In this document: positions 52,103 through 61,867 of the stretch, piece after piece | Position numbering within the stretch: the first letter of the stretch is position 1 | How the letters are laid out: every line of letters begins with the position of its first letter | NCBI GenBank assembly: GCA_964599885.1 | Contig: CAZRHH010000010.1 | Span: 2,507-66,506, forward strand | Direction: 5' to 3' | From: an uncultured Dehalococcoidia bacterium | GTDB taxonomy: Bacteria; Chloroflexota; Dehalococcoidia; DSTF01; JACRBR01 | Length of the DNA stretch: 64,000 nt | Notes under the pieces: model-generated | Databases searched by the model: none | What the model saw: only the letters and a program-made list of their open reading frames with translations | Told to the model about the DNA's origin: nothing | Program-made: the position numbers and the translations under genes

Positions 52103-52225
52103 ATGCCTACGGGGTTAGCTGACGGGTTCGGCTCAAAGGAGTTCGCCTACGCATCTTTCGATGCGATTCACCCCGGGAACGGTTGGTTCCCCCGTCTCGC
52201 TTGCGCGAGTTAGGCTCTATTCAGT
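52103..52225 (-). ncRNA. c-di-AMP riboswitch (ydaO-yuaA)
   Basis: Minus strand GGGGAACCAA..GGGGTGAATC..GTAGG..CCGAACCCGTCAGCTAACCCCGTAGGC matches the ydaO consensus blocks. Confidence 0.92.
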
Positions 52226-52342
52226 TGTACGACCATCGTACTGAGTCCCCGCACAAAAATCAATGCTCCGAACCCCTAACGTCATAACAATCCGGTGATC
52301 TCGGTCACCAAAATCAATCCTGTCGTTGACGCGTTCTCAGCG

Positions 52343-54688
52343 TTATGTGAACACTACCTCCAGCACCGCCGCGGCATCAATCACCACCTCGAAAACGTAC
52401 GCCCGCCACGCGCGACCCACCGCGATCTCCACGCCATCCAGCCGCGCCCCCATCACCTCCGCGTCCGCCACAACGAACACCCGCCGCGCCGCCCGCCCCT
52501 CCGCCCCAAGCTCCACGCGCAACGTCCGGCTCTTCGCATCCCACGTCTGCCCCACAACATCCAGCGCGCCGCACCCGATGTGTGCGTTCGTGCCAACGAC
52601 ACGCGGCGTGCCGTCGGCAGGCCGCAGCGCCACCACGCGGCAGGCATGCGGATCGACGAGCGAGAACCTCACTTCGCCCTCGACCGCTCCGAGGTACCGC
52701 TCGCTCCACAACTCGAAGGCATGCCAGGGTCCGTCCGGCAGCGTCAGCGTCAGATCGCGCGCCTCATCCGCAAAGTTGAACAGCCCGACAACCCGCAACG
52801 GATCGTACGCGCGCTCGAAACTCACTTCGTAGCGCTCCGGCATGTCGCGCTCGATCAGATCGACCGGCGTGGCCGCGACCGGCAGCACCGGCAGCAGCAT
52901 CGACAGCATCTCCAACCGCTCGGCCGGCACCCGCTCCAGATCGTCGCTCGCAAGCATCATTCCCGCCGACAGCCCGATCGCGCTCGCCAGCGTCCGCGTC
53001 TCGTCGAGCGTCATCTTTGTCCGGTCCGTGCGCACCAGCCCGCAGTCCGGGTCGTTCGCCCACAACCGTCCGTGCATCCACGATCGCGTCAGCGTGTTGC
53101 GGATTGCCGTCTCCGCGCTGAGTTGATCGTCCGCGCGCCGCGGCCGCGGACGCGGCGTCGCGCGTTCTTCCGTCGTCAGGTTTCGCCAGAACGGCGCCAC
53201 ATCCGGCCCGATCCGGTTGCCATCGAACACTCCCACAGACGGCGCCATCAGCGAACCGCAGCCGAGGATGAAGCGCGCCTGGCCGACGCCCTCCCGAACC
53301 GACGCCAGCGCATCACGATACGCCCGCACGCGCGGCGCGTTCGCATCGAAGCGCCGCCCCGACAGCGCGGCCCCGAACAGAAAGTCGATCTTGACGTAGT
53401 CGTAGCCCCAGCCGTCGCACACCTCGCGAAACAGCGACGTCAGCCACGCGCGCGCCTCCGGATGCGACCCGTCGAGGCCGTAGTTCTCGCGCTGCCAGTT
53501 GTGCGTCGCCACCAGCGGCGCCCCCGCATCGTCGCGGATCACCCACTCCGGGTGCGCCGCATACGTCTGCGACGACTCCGCGATCAGAAACGGCGCCAGC
53601 CAAATTCCCGGCGTGTATCCCGCCGCCTTGATCTCCGACGCCAGCCACGCCATCCCGCGCGGGAACTTCTCGTTGACGGTCAGCCAGTCGCCGATGTCCG
53701 CCTGGTACCCGTCGTCGATCTGCACCGTATCGATCGGCAGCTCCCGCCGGTGCTGCTCGAGAAACCGCAGGTTGCGCACGACATCGTCTTCCGTCACCTG
53801 CGTGTAGAAGTAGTACCAGGAGCACCACCCCGCCGGCGTCGTCGCCGGCACGCGCGCGCCCATCAGACGTCCCAGCGCGTCCCCGTATCGCTCGAGCTGA
53901 TCGTTCGGCGTCGTCCCGCACACGTCGACGAGCACGCGCTCCGACCACACCGTCTCGCCCGCCGCCACGCTCGCGCCATCGACGAGACACCGCGCGTCGA
54001 TCGCCTTCGCCGGTGCATCGATCTGCACCTGCGTGATGAAGTCGAACGCGGTCACGGCGCCAGCCAGCAGCGACCGCCGCGCTTCCGGATCGAACAACAC
54101 CGCCACGTCGTCCGAAGCGAAGCTCCCCGCGGCGCTCTGCGGCGCTTCCGGCGAGAGATCCGGCGGCCGGCTCTGGACGTCCATCGAAGCGCCGCCAAGC
54201 GACATCGTCGGCGCCCACGATTGCCAGCCGTTGCGATACACGCGCCAGCCCGCCGGCTTCGACGCCAACTGCAGCTTCCCGCGCCCTGCCACTGGCGTCG
54301 TGAACGCGTGCAAAGACACCAACGGCAACGGCGCCGCCGTCTCGTTCGTCACGCCGACGCGCGTCACGCAATACGGATGCGTGTCATACATGACAATTTC
54401 GCGCCGCAGCGTCACACCGCGTCGCGCGTCACGCGACGTTAGCGTCAGTTGCCGCCCGCTTCCGAGCGCATCGCTGTAGGGTTGAACGTTGTACTCCGCG
54501 CGCTCGAACCCAAGCGCCGCGCCATCCAGCGGCTGTACCCGCGCGATCGCGCGTTCAACCGGCCGAAACGCGCCGGCAAGCGCTACCGGCGCGATGCTTC
54601 CGTCGTCCTGCCGCGTCTCGATCCGCAGCCATGCGTTCTGTAGCCACGGCCCGTTCCGCCCCAGTCCGGAGCTAGTCGCTTCGGGCAC
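52343..54688 (-). CDS. Glycoside hydrolase family 36 (alpha-galactosidase-like)
   Basis: NGWQSW, PAGWCSWY, QIDDGYQ, KFPRGM, GIWLAPF, YVKIDF, RIGPDV, WANDPDC. Confidence 0.9.
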   Translation of the reverse strand: MPEATSSGLGRNGPWLQNAWLRIETRQDDGSIAPVALAGAFRPVERAIARVQPLDGAALGFERAEYNVQPYSDALGSGRQLTLTSRDARRGVTLRREIVMYDTHPYCVTRVGVTNETAAPLPLVSLHAFTTPVAGRGKLQLASKPAGWRVYRNGWQSWAPTMSLGGASMDVQSRPPDLSPEAPQSAAGSFASDDVAVLFDPEARRSLLAGAVTAFDFITQVQIDAPAKAIDARCLVDGASVAAGETVWSERVLVDVCGTTPNDQLERYGDALGRLMGARVPATTPAGWCSWYYFYTQVTEDDVVRNLRFLEQHRRELPIDTVQIDDGYQADIGDWLTVNEKFPRGMAWLASEIKAAGYTPGIWLAPFLIAESSQTYAAHPEWVIRDDAGAPLVATHNWQRENYGLDGSHPEARAWLTSLFREVCDGWGYDYVKIDFLFGAALSGRRFDANAPRVRAYRDALASVREGVGQARFILGCGSLMAPSVGVFDGNRIGPDVAPFWRNLTTEERATPRPRPRRADDQLSAETAIRNTLTRSWMHGRLWANDPDCGLVRTDRTKMTLDETRTLASAIGLSAGMMLASDDLERVPAERLEMLSMLLPVLPVAATPVDLIERDMPERYEVSFERAYDPLRVVGLFNFADEARDLTLTLPDGPWHAFELWSERYLGAVEGEVRFSLVDPHACRVVALRPADGTPRVVGTNAHIGCGALDVVGQTWDAKSRTLRVELGAEGRAARRVFVVADAEVMGARLDGVEIAVGRAWRAYVFEVVIDAAAVLEVVFT

Positions 54689-54691
54689 GCG

Positions 54692-55597
54692 CTACCGCCA
54701 CCCGCCGAAGCGGATGACCGTCGTCTCGCTCTGCTCGCGCTGCTTCGCGATGGCTTTCTCATCGGCCGGCCGCGTGTAGTCGCGCCCCGCCCGCGTCTGC
54801 CGGAATCCCAGCCGCACGTACAGCCGGATCGCAGCGCCGTTATCGGAGTCCGTGGTCAGCCCGACTTCCGTCGCGCCCCCCGCGAACAGCCGCTTCGCCG
54901 CACGCGCGGTCAGCGCCGCGCCCACACCACGACCGCGGTGCGCCTCATCGGCGGCAAGTCCCTGGATCCAGCCGCGTCCCGCTTCCACCTGCCCGAAGAC
55001 ACAGAACCCGGCGATCGCGCCGCCCGCAGTCGCGACGATGATCCCGCCGTGTTCGGCAATCGACGCACGGAGTCCGTCCTGGCCGAGCGGATGATCCGGA
55101 AACCCTTCGCGGTCGATGCGCGCCAGCTCCGGCAGATCGCCCGGCGCCATGTCGCGAAACTTCACGCCGCGCGGCGCCGGCTGCGCGACGAGCCGCCGCT
55201 TGTCCAGCGCGAACTCCAGCCAGTCGCGCTTCCGCGTGAACCCTAATCGGCGCACCACGGGCTCTACCATCGGACGCGCCGTACTGTACGCCAGCCGAAA
55301 GCGCACCATCTCGACCGCGCGCTGCTTGCGCAGCTTCGGCAGCAGCTTCTCGAACATCGCCGGAAAGTGATCGAAGAACACGCGCTCGTTCTCGAACCCG
55401 TACAGCAGCAGCGATTCGCCGCGCACGGTCGCCGCGAGCAAGCTCTCCCCGTCCCGCACGATCAGTTCCGGATGCTCGCGCTCGACCGCGTCGCTTTGGC
55501 TACGCCACCCCACATTGTGCAGAAGTTGCGCCCCCAGCCAGTCATGCAACGTATCGTTAACCGGCGCGCTAAGTCGCCGCAATTGTCGAACCGTCAT
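54692..55597 (-). CDS. GNAT family acetyltransferase
   Basis: LAADEAHRGRGVGAAL ... NGAAIRLYVRLGF. Confidence 0.85.
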   Translation of the reverse strand: MTVRQLRRLSAPVNDTLHDWLGAQLLHNVGWRSQSDAVEREHPELIVRDGESLLAATVRGESLLLYGFENERVFFDHFPAMFEKLLPKLRKQRAVEMVRFRLAYSTARPMVEPVVRRLGFTRKRDWLEFALDKRRLVAQPAPRGVKFRDMAPGDLPELARIDREGFPDHPLGQDGLRASIAEHGGIIVATAGGAIAGFCVFGQVEAGRGWIQGLAADEAHRGRGVGAALTARAAKRLFAGGATEVGLTTDSDNGAAIRLYVRLGFRQTRAGRDYTRPADEKAIAKQREQSETTVIRFGGWR

Positions 55598-55772
55598 CGC
55601 TCACAACCCATTCTGTTCTCTCGCCTCACTCAACCGCGGCCGCATCAGCATGCAAACGTAGGGACGCACCTTTAGGTCCGTCCCGGTCGCCCAGCGCATC
55701 CGTCACAAATGCGCCACACCCTCAACCGCGTCGACCCCATCCAAAAATTCTGCGTCATCTGTGGAAAAACCC

Positions 55773-56615
55773 CTACCCCGGCCAGATCCCCCGAAACGAC
55801 TCGACCACGGGTCCGCTCAGAATCACGTCGCCTTCGCCGTCCCACTCCAGATCGAGCACACCGCCCGGCACCGTCAGCGCCAGCTTGCCGTCAACCCGGT
55901 CGAGCAGCCGCGCCGCCACCATCGTCGCCGATGCGCCCGACCCGCACGACAGCGTCTCGCCGACGCCGCGCTCCCACACGCGCATCTCGGCGTGCGCCCG
56001 GTCGACCACGCGCACGACCTCAAAGTTCGTCCGGTTCGGAAACAGCCGGTGATGCTCCACGAGCGGCCCGATCTCCCGCAACGGATACTGCGCCACCGGC
56101 CCGCGCTGGAACAGCACCGCGTGCGGATTCCCCATCGACACCGGCGTCACCCGCATCGACTGCCCGCCGACGTCAATCTCGAACTCCGTGACGGGCGGCG
56201 GCGCATCAATCGCCACCGGAATCTCTTTCGGGTCGAGGCGTGGCGGCCCCATGCTCTGACGCACGCTGCTGACGTGCCCGTCTTCGTCCATCGCGACGCG
56301 CACGCCCAGCACCCCGGCACCCGTCTCCACTTCGAACGCACCATCGCGCGGCGAAACGATCCCCGCATCGACGACGAACTTCACCAGGCACCGCATCCCG
56401 TTGCCCGACATCTCCGCTTCCGAACCGTCGGCGTTGAAAATCCGCATCCGCGTATCAGCGCGCTCGGACTCCGAAGCCAGAATCAGCCCGTCCGCCCCGA
56501 CCCCGAAATGCCGGTCACACACCGCCACAGCCAGCGCCGCCCAGTCGCGCTCGACCGCGCGCCCATCGACGACCACAAAGTCGTTCCCAGTCCCATGCAG
56601 CTTCACAAAGTCCAT
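55773..56615 (-). CDS. dapF: Diaminopimelate epimerase
   Basis: FVKLHGTGNDF, DRHFGVGADG, NADGSEAEMSGNG, SMGNPH, ERGVGETLSCGSG. Confidence 0.92.
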   Translation of the reverse strand: MDFVKLHGTGNDFVVVDGRAVERDWAALAVAVCDRHFGVGADGLILASESERADTRMRIFNADGSEAEMSGNGMRCLVKFVVDAGIVSPRDGAFEVETGAGVLGVRVAMDEDGHVSSVRQSMGPPRLDPKEIPVAIDAPPPVTEFEIDVGGQSMRVTPVSMGNPHAVLFQRGPVAQYPLREIGPLVEHHRLFPNRTNFEVVRVVDRAHAEMRVWERGVGETLSCGSGASATMVAARLLDRVDGKLALTVPGGVLDLEWDGEGDVILSGPVVESFRGIWPG

Positions 56616-56700
56616 AGCGATCAAGCATACCGACCCGACGCCCGAGCCGGAAATTGCGCCGCTCAACTGGATCTTCCGTGCCTCCGTGCCTCTGTGGTTC

Positions 56701-57606
56701 CTAACCGATCCCATCCAACACGTCGGCGACATCCACCGACAACCCATCCACCCACACGATCCGCCCGTCCGCCGCCCCAAACCACGCATGCTGCATCCGC
56801 GCCAAACGATGCGTCTCCGTCTTGATCCGGGCCACCGCCTCATCCAAGGTGCACTCCCTCGCAAGAAACTCACAGATCTGCCGGTACCCGATCCCGCTCA
56901 TCGACGGCAGCTCGCAGCCATACCCCGCCACCTGCAGTCCGCGCACCTCCTCGACAAACCCCGCGGCCATCATCGAGTCGACGCGCGCATCGATCCGCGC
57001 GTAGAGCGCCGCGCGCTCCACCCGCAGCCCGACGATCTTCGCGTCGAACGCCGGCGTATCGCGCACCCGCCATTCGCTGAACGGCCGTCCCGTCGCACGC
57101 GTCACTTCGATCGCCCGCACGACCCGCCGCACGTTCCGCGCATCAATCACGTCCGCACTCGCCGGATCGACTGCGCGCAGTTCCGCGAACAGCGCGTCTG
57201 CGCCGTCGCGCGCGGCGATCGCTTCTAGCTCCGCGCGCAGCGTCAGATCCGGCGGCACGCGCGGGACGCGCCACCCCTCGATCAACGCCCACACGTACTG
57301 CCCCGTCCCACCCGCGACGATTGGCGTCTTCCCGCGCGCGACGATGTCATCCATCACGGCGCGCGCCGCATCAAGAAAGTCCGCAAGTGTGAAAGGTTCG
57401 TCGGGCGCAGCGACGTCGATAAGCCAGTGCCGCGCCGCGCGTCGTTCGTCCGGCGTTGGCTTCGCCGTTCCGATGTCCATGGCCCGGTAGATCTGCCGCG
57501 AGTCGGCGTTGATGATCTCGCCATCAAGCGCCTGCGCCAGCGCGATGGCCAGCGCCGTCTTTCCGCTCGCCGTCGGCCCGACGATCGCGACCACGCGCGG
57601 ACGCAT
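56701..57606 (-). CDS. miaA: tRNA dimethylallyltransferase
   Basis: GPTASGKT, NADSRQIYRAMDIGTAKP, GGTGQY, IGYRQ. Confidence 0.96.
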   Translation of the reverse strand: MRPRVVAIVGPTASGKTALAIALAQALDGEIINADSRQIYRAMDIGTAKPTPDERRAARHWLIDVAAPDEPFTLADFLDAARAVMDDIVARGKTPIVAGGTGQYVWALIEGWRVPRVPPDLTLRAELEAIAARDGADALFAELRAVDPASADVIDARNVRRVVRAIEVTRATGRPFSEWRVRDTPAFDAKIVGLRVERAALYARIDARVDSMMAAGFVEEVRGLQVAGYGCELPSMSGIGYRQICEFLARECTLDEAVARIKTETHRLARMQHAWFGAADGRIVWVDGLSVDVADVLDGIG

Positions 57607-58373
57607 CAGGCCTGCGCGGTCACCGCCGCCGCCGCGCCATCGATGATCGCCGCGAACACGTCGGCCTTCAGCGACGCGCCGCCAACCAGACCGCCGTCGA
57701 TGTCCGCCCGCACCATGAACTCGGCGATGTTGTCCGGCGTCACCGAACCGCCGTACAAGATGCGTACGTGGTCCGCGACATCTCCCGCGATCTCGCGCAC
57801 CGTCGCCCGGATCAACGCGATCGCTTCCTGCGCGATCGCGCCATCAGCCGCCAACCCGCTCCCAATCGCCCACACCGGTTCGTACGCGATGATGAACTCC
57901 GCGGTCACCTTGACGCCATCAAGCCCGCCGCGCGTCTGCGACCTCAGCACGTCCGCCGTCTCGCCGGCCTCGCGATGCGCCAGCGTCTCGCCGACGCACA
58001 TGATGGGCTTCACGCCATGCGCCAGAGCGCCCTGAACTCGTTTGTTCACGGTTTCGTCCGTCTCGCTGAAGAACAGCCTCCTTTCGCTATGCCCAACCAG
58101 GACGTACGACGCGGCTTCGGCGATCTGTGTGATGCTTACCTCGCCTGTGAACGGGCCATCCTCTTCCCAGTACGCGCTTTGCGCACCGATGCGGATCGTC
58201 GAGCCGTCCAAAGCAGCCCGCACGTCGTGCAAGTACACCAACGGCGGACAGACGATCTTTTCGACGCCGCGCACACCGTCCGAGAGCGACCGCACGCCGC
58301 TCGCCAGGGCGATCGCGTCCCTGCGCAGCGTGTTCATCTTCCAGTTGCCCGCGATGATCGGGATCCGCGCCAT
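57606..58373 (-). CDS. tpiA: Triosephosphate isomerase
   Basis: AGNWKMN, GHSERR, AYEPVWAIG, YGGSV, LVGGASL. Confidence 0.97.
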   Translation of the reverse strand: MARIPIIAGNWKMNTLRRDAIALASGVRSLSDGVRGVEKIVCPPLVYLHDVRAALDGSTIRIGAQSAYWEEDGPFTGEVSITQIAEAASYVLVGHSERRLFFSETDETVNKRVQGALAHGVKPIMCVGETLAHREAGETADVLRSQTRGGLDGVKVTAEFIIAYEPVWAIGSGLAADGAIAQEAIALIRATVREIAGDVADHVRILYGGSVTPDNIAEFMVRADIDGGLVGGASLKADVFAAIIDGAAAAVTAQA

Positions 58374-58512
58374 CTCTCTCTCTCTCCGAATCCTGACAGG
58401 GTACTGAAGGTCCCCGCGAACATCTGTGGAGCGGGCTTTCAGCCCGCGTTCGTCGGTGCAGTACAATACTCGAACGCCAGACTCTGTGGTTTGGACCCTC
58501 TAAGCACCCCTG

Positions 58513-59715
58513 CTACGCGCCGTACTTCGTCAGACGCCCCGCGTGCGCCATCGCCAACGACAGCACTTCCTTCGCCGGAAACGTCCCGAGCGACCCGAGA
58601 CGGCAGCCCTTCTCGCTGAAGCCCTCGCTCAGATCCCGAAATGAAAAGTTTTTCGTGTGAAACAAAAACGGAACCGGATGCCACGAGTGTCCCGCGACGA
58701 CGGCCGGCGTCGAATGATCGCCCGCCACCATGAACACGTCCGGCCCCAATGCGTGCAACTCGTCGACGAATCCGTCTACTTCCTCGAGCGCGCGTATCTT
58801 CGCCTGGAAGTCGCCGTCTTCGCCGGCCGCGTCCGCCGGCTTGTAGTGAATGAAAAAGAAGTCGTAGTTGTCCCACTGCGCCTTCAACGTCTCCACTTCC
58901 TCGGCGAACGTCGTCCCCGTCTTGATGACGTCCATCCCGACGAGCTTCGCCAGTCCGCGGTACATCGGGTACGCCGCGATCGCCGCTGCACGGAACTTGC
59001 ACGCTTCCGCGATCGATGGCATCGGCGGCGTCTTCGCGATCCCGCGCAGCGTCAGCATGTTTGCGGGCGCCTGATCGCGCAGCAGCGCCGCCGCCTGTGC
59101 GATGAAATCGTTGAGCAGTCCGGCCGTCGCCTCCGCTTCCGGCGCCAGCGCCCGCGATGGCATTGGCGCGTAGCCTTCGCGCTGAGGGTCCGTCTCCGTC
59201 ACCGCGTCCGACAACCCCTCGCCCCGCAGCACCAGCACGAAGCGATGCTCCTTCACCGGTTCGACGAACACCTGCACACCCGCGAGCTTGATCGCGCGCA
59301 ACTTCGCGCACAGTTCGATCGTCTTCTCGTTTGCGATCCGCCCCGCCCGCCGGTCGGTGATCAACCCACCAGCGTCGACCGTGCAAAAGTTCCCCCGCGC
59401 CGCCACATCCGTATCGCGCAGATCGAAGTCAATCCCCAACGCCTCCAGCACGCCGCGTCCGACCGTGTACTGCATCGGGTCGTACCCGAACAACGCCAGA
59501 TGTCCCGGTCCGCTCCCCGGCGTTACGCCGTAATCAACGGGCACCGTTAGGCCGCACAAACTCTCGCGTTGCAGCCGATCGAGCGCGGCGACATGCGCCT
59601 GCTCAAGCTCCGACCGCCCCGACTCGTTGGGCAACCCACCCAACCCGTCGATGACGAGCAGCAAAATCTTCGTGTCGTTGGTAATGGAAAGTTCGCTCAG
59701 CAGCTCAAGGTTCAC
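58513..59715 (-). CDS. apgM: 2,3-bisphosphoglycerate-independent phosphoglycerate mutase (ApgM type)
   Basis: DGLGG, PGSGPGHLALFGYDP, GRGVLEALG, DRRAGRI, GDHSTP, HSWHPVP. Confidence 0.93.
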   Translation of the reverse strand: MNLELLSELSITNDTKILLLVIDGLGGLPNESGRSELEQAHVAALDRLQRESLCGLTVPVDYGVTPGSGPGHLALFGYDPMQYTVGRGVLEALGIDFDLRDTDVAARGNFCTVDAGGLITDRRAGRIANEKTIELCAKLRAIKLAGVQVFVEPVKEHRFVLVLRGEGLSDAVTETDPQREGYAPMPSRALAPEAEATAGLLNDFIAQAAALLRDQAPANMLTLRGIAKTPPMPSIAEACKFRAAAIAAYPMYRGLAKLVGMDVIKTGTTFAEEVETLKAQWDNYDFFFIHYKPADAAGEDGDFQAKIRALEEVDGFVDELHALGPDVFMVAGDHSTPAVVAGHSWHPVPFLFHTKNFSFRDLSEGFSEKGCRLGSLGTFPAKEVLSLAMAHAGRLTKYGA

Positions 59716-59860
59716 AAGGCGGATTCTATCACGGGGTTTCCGTTAGAACTCCCACCGCTAACGATGGCGACGAGCCTCGATTCAAGTCGTTGCGCAACTG
59801 CAACGGCGAGACACCCGGAGGGGGCCGCAAACGTCGCATCGCAGCGCCTACGATGTTCAC

Positions 59861-60079
59861 ATGGAACCGACCGCCCGCGTGATGATCATCGGCTCGATCA
59901 CCATCGCCGGCGCGTGCCTCGCGATACTCGCCGCCGCCCGCCTCAACTCGGGCCGCCTCCCCGGCGACCTCATGCTCGAACGGGGCAGCGTTCGCGTCAT
60001 GTTTCCCATCGTCACGTCGATCATCCTCAGCATCGCCCTGACCATCATCCTCAACATCGCCCTCCGCCTCTGGCGCTGA
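59861..60079 (+). CDS. DUF2905 family small membrane protein
   Basis: GRLPGDL..FPIVTSIILSIALT. Confidence 0.85.
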   Translation: MEPTARVMIIGSITIAGACLAILAAARLNSGRLPGDLMLERGSVRVMFPIVTSIILSIALTIILNIALRLWR

Positions 60080-60120
60080 TCCCGTCGTCCGGCCTTCGAT
60101 TTCCGACCTCCCTACCTCAA

Positions 60121-60206
60121 CCTCTGTGCCTCCGTGCCTCTGTGGTGAAACCCCTTTGCTCGAAGCTTTGCGCTCCTCTGCGCCCTTTGCGCCTTTGCGG
60201 TGAACC
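60121..60206 (+). repeat. Intergenic pyrimidine-rich repeat family (CTCTGTGCCTCTGTGGTGAA / CTTTGCGCCTTTGCGGTGAACC)
   Basis: Related copies near 5054, 51565-51643, 56672-56700 and 61475-61551. Confidence 0.7.
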
Positions 60207-60212
60207 GAACAT

Positions 60213-61373
60213 TCACCCATCCCGAAAACCCACCGGCACCCCATCCACCACACCCCGCCCCTGCAGCAGCACCCGCACCCGTCCCAACTTCCCCGGATCG
60301 ACCAGCGCCAGCAGCACCCCGCGCCGTGCGAAATACTCCTCCATCTCACCACCGCGCTCCGGCCCCGCCGCCGCCACCCCCTCGCCGATCCCCAACCGCA
60401 CCAGAAACGACGACTGGTCCGTCATCGCAATCGTCGTCAGCCCCGCCGCCTCACCCACCCGCCGCAACGTCGTGAAGTCGACGCTCGACGTGATGTCCTG
60501 CTTTCCCACCCGCTGATACGGATCGCTTCCCACCGACTGACGGTAGTAGCACGCCAGCGTCCCGTCCCGGCGCCACGGCGCGTACAACTCCGGCGCCTCG
60601 TAGCCGTAGTCGAACGTCAGCACGTACCCGCGCCGCAACGACCGCGCTACATCGCCCATCCAGCGCGTCGCATCGAGATTCACCTCCGCGTAACAGCCGT
60701 CGCCCGGCAACACGCCCGCCGCATCGAAGTACGCCGCCAGCACCGAATCCGACAGCGGCATCAGCACATCGTGAAACCGCGCGCCGTCGTGCCCGACGAA
60801 CACCTCGCGCAACACGTCGCCATCGCGCACCACCCGATGCACCGGAAACGCATCCAGCAGTTCGTTCGAAAGCACACACCCTTCGATCGCATCCGGCAAC
60901 GCGTCCACCCACTCGACGCGATCCACCGCACCCGCCGCCGCCAGCACACGCCGCTGCTCGTCCCGCAACACTCCAGCCGCCTCGACGATCCGGTACCGCA
61001 CCGCCGACGCAAACGCCCCATCCGCACCCGAAGCCCGCTGCACGATGTCCCGCGCCAGCAGCCCACGCCCCGCCCCCTGCTCCACCACATCGAACCGCGC
61101 CGGCCGCTCCATCAGCGTCCACAGCTCGTGGAGCTGCTTCGCGACAAGCGCCCCGAACACCGGATGCACCTCCGGGCTCGTCACGTAGTCGCCACTCCGC
61201 CCCGTCACCGCCGCATCGGTCCGGTAGTACCCGTACCGAGGGTGATACAACGCCGCCTCCATAAACTCCCGAAACCGCATCGGACCATCGCGCGCAATCC
61301 TCGCGCGCAGCTCGGCGACGAGCGGCCCCGATTCGGAGATCGAACCAAAATCGTCCGTAGAATCCCACGTCAT
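60213..61373 (-). CDS. SAM-dependent methyltransferase, MidA/NDUFAF7 (DUF185) family
   Basis: FMEAALYHPRYGYY, GDYVTSPE, EQGAGRG, SNELLDAFP, FDYG, QDITSSVDF. Confidence 0.92.
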   Translation of the reverse strand: MTWDSTDDFGSISESGPLVAELRARIARDGPMRFREFMEAALYHPRYGYYRTDAAVTGRSGDYVTSPEVHPVFGALVAKQLHELWTLMERPARFDVVEQGAGRGLLARDIVQRASGADGAFASAVRYRIVEAAGVLRDEQRRVLAAAGAVDRVEWVDALPDAIEGCVLSNELLDAFPVHRVVRDGDVLREVFVGHDGARFHDVLMPLSDSVLAAYFDAAGVLPGDGCYAEVNLDATRWMGDVARSLRRGYVLTFDYGYEAPELYAPWRRDGTLACYYRQSVGSDPYQRVGKQDITSSVDFTTLRRVGEAAGLTTIAMTDQSSFLVRLGIGEGVAAAGPERGGEMEEYFARRGVLLALVDPGKLGRVRVLLQGRGVVDGVPVGFRDG

Positions 61374-61581
61374 GCGCCCATCCTAACCCAGCTCTCGAAC
61401 CAAGCTCCCGAGCGGTGAGGCCGCGTCGTGCAAACACACCGCGCGTCCATCTGTCCTTCCCTACTCGAAACATCCTCTGTGCCTCTGTGGTTCACCCCGC
61501 CCATCCAAACCCTTTGCGCCCCTCTGCGCTCTTTGCGCCTTTGCGGTGAACCGTCCCTCACATGCTAGAATCCCCGAACAA

Positions 61582-61836
61582 GCGCAGACAGAGACCAGTA
61601 CCAGGCGCGCGAGCCAGAGAGAGCCGCCCACTAGCTGCAATGGCGGCGCCGCACACCCTGCGAAGACGCTCTCGAGTGCGAGGACCAACCGCGTCAACCA
61701 ACGCGCACTAAGCCTCGACGGCCAGCCCCCGTTACCCGGCCCAAAGATCGTCGCGCGCCCACGTCCAATAGCGCGACGATGAACTGCGGTGGCACCACGA
61801 GCGCGCCCCTCGTCCGCATGACGAGGGGCGTTGCTG
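61582..61836 (+). ncRNA. T-box leader with Asp (GAC) specifier
   Basis: AGAGACCAGTA, AGAGAGCCG AG box, GAA-GAC specifier at 61665, T-box AACTGCGGTGGCACCACG, hairpin CGCCCCTCGTC/GACGAGGGGCG. Confidence 0.85.
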
Positions 61837-61867
61837 TATCCGCGTACCCATGCGAGGAGGTGCCATC

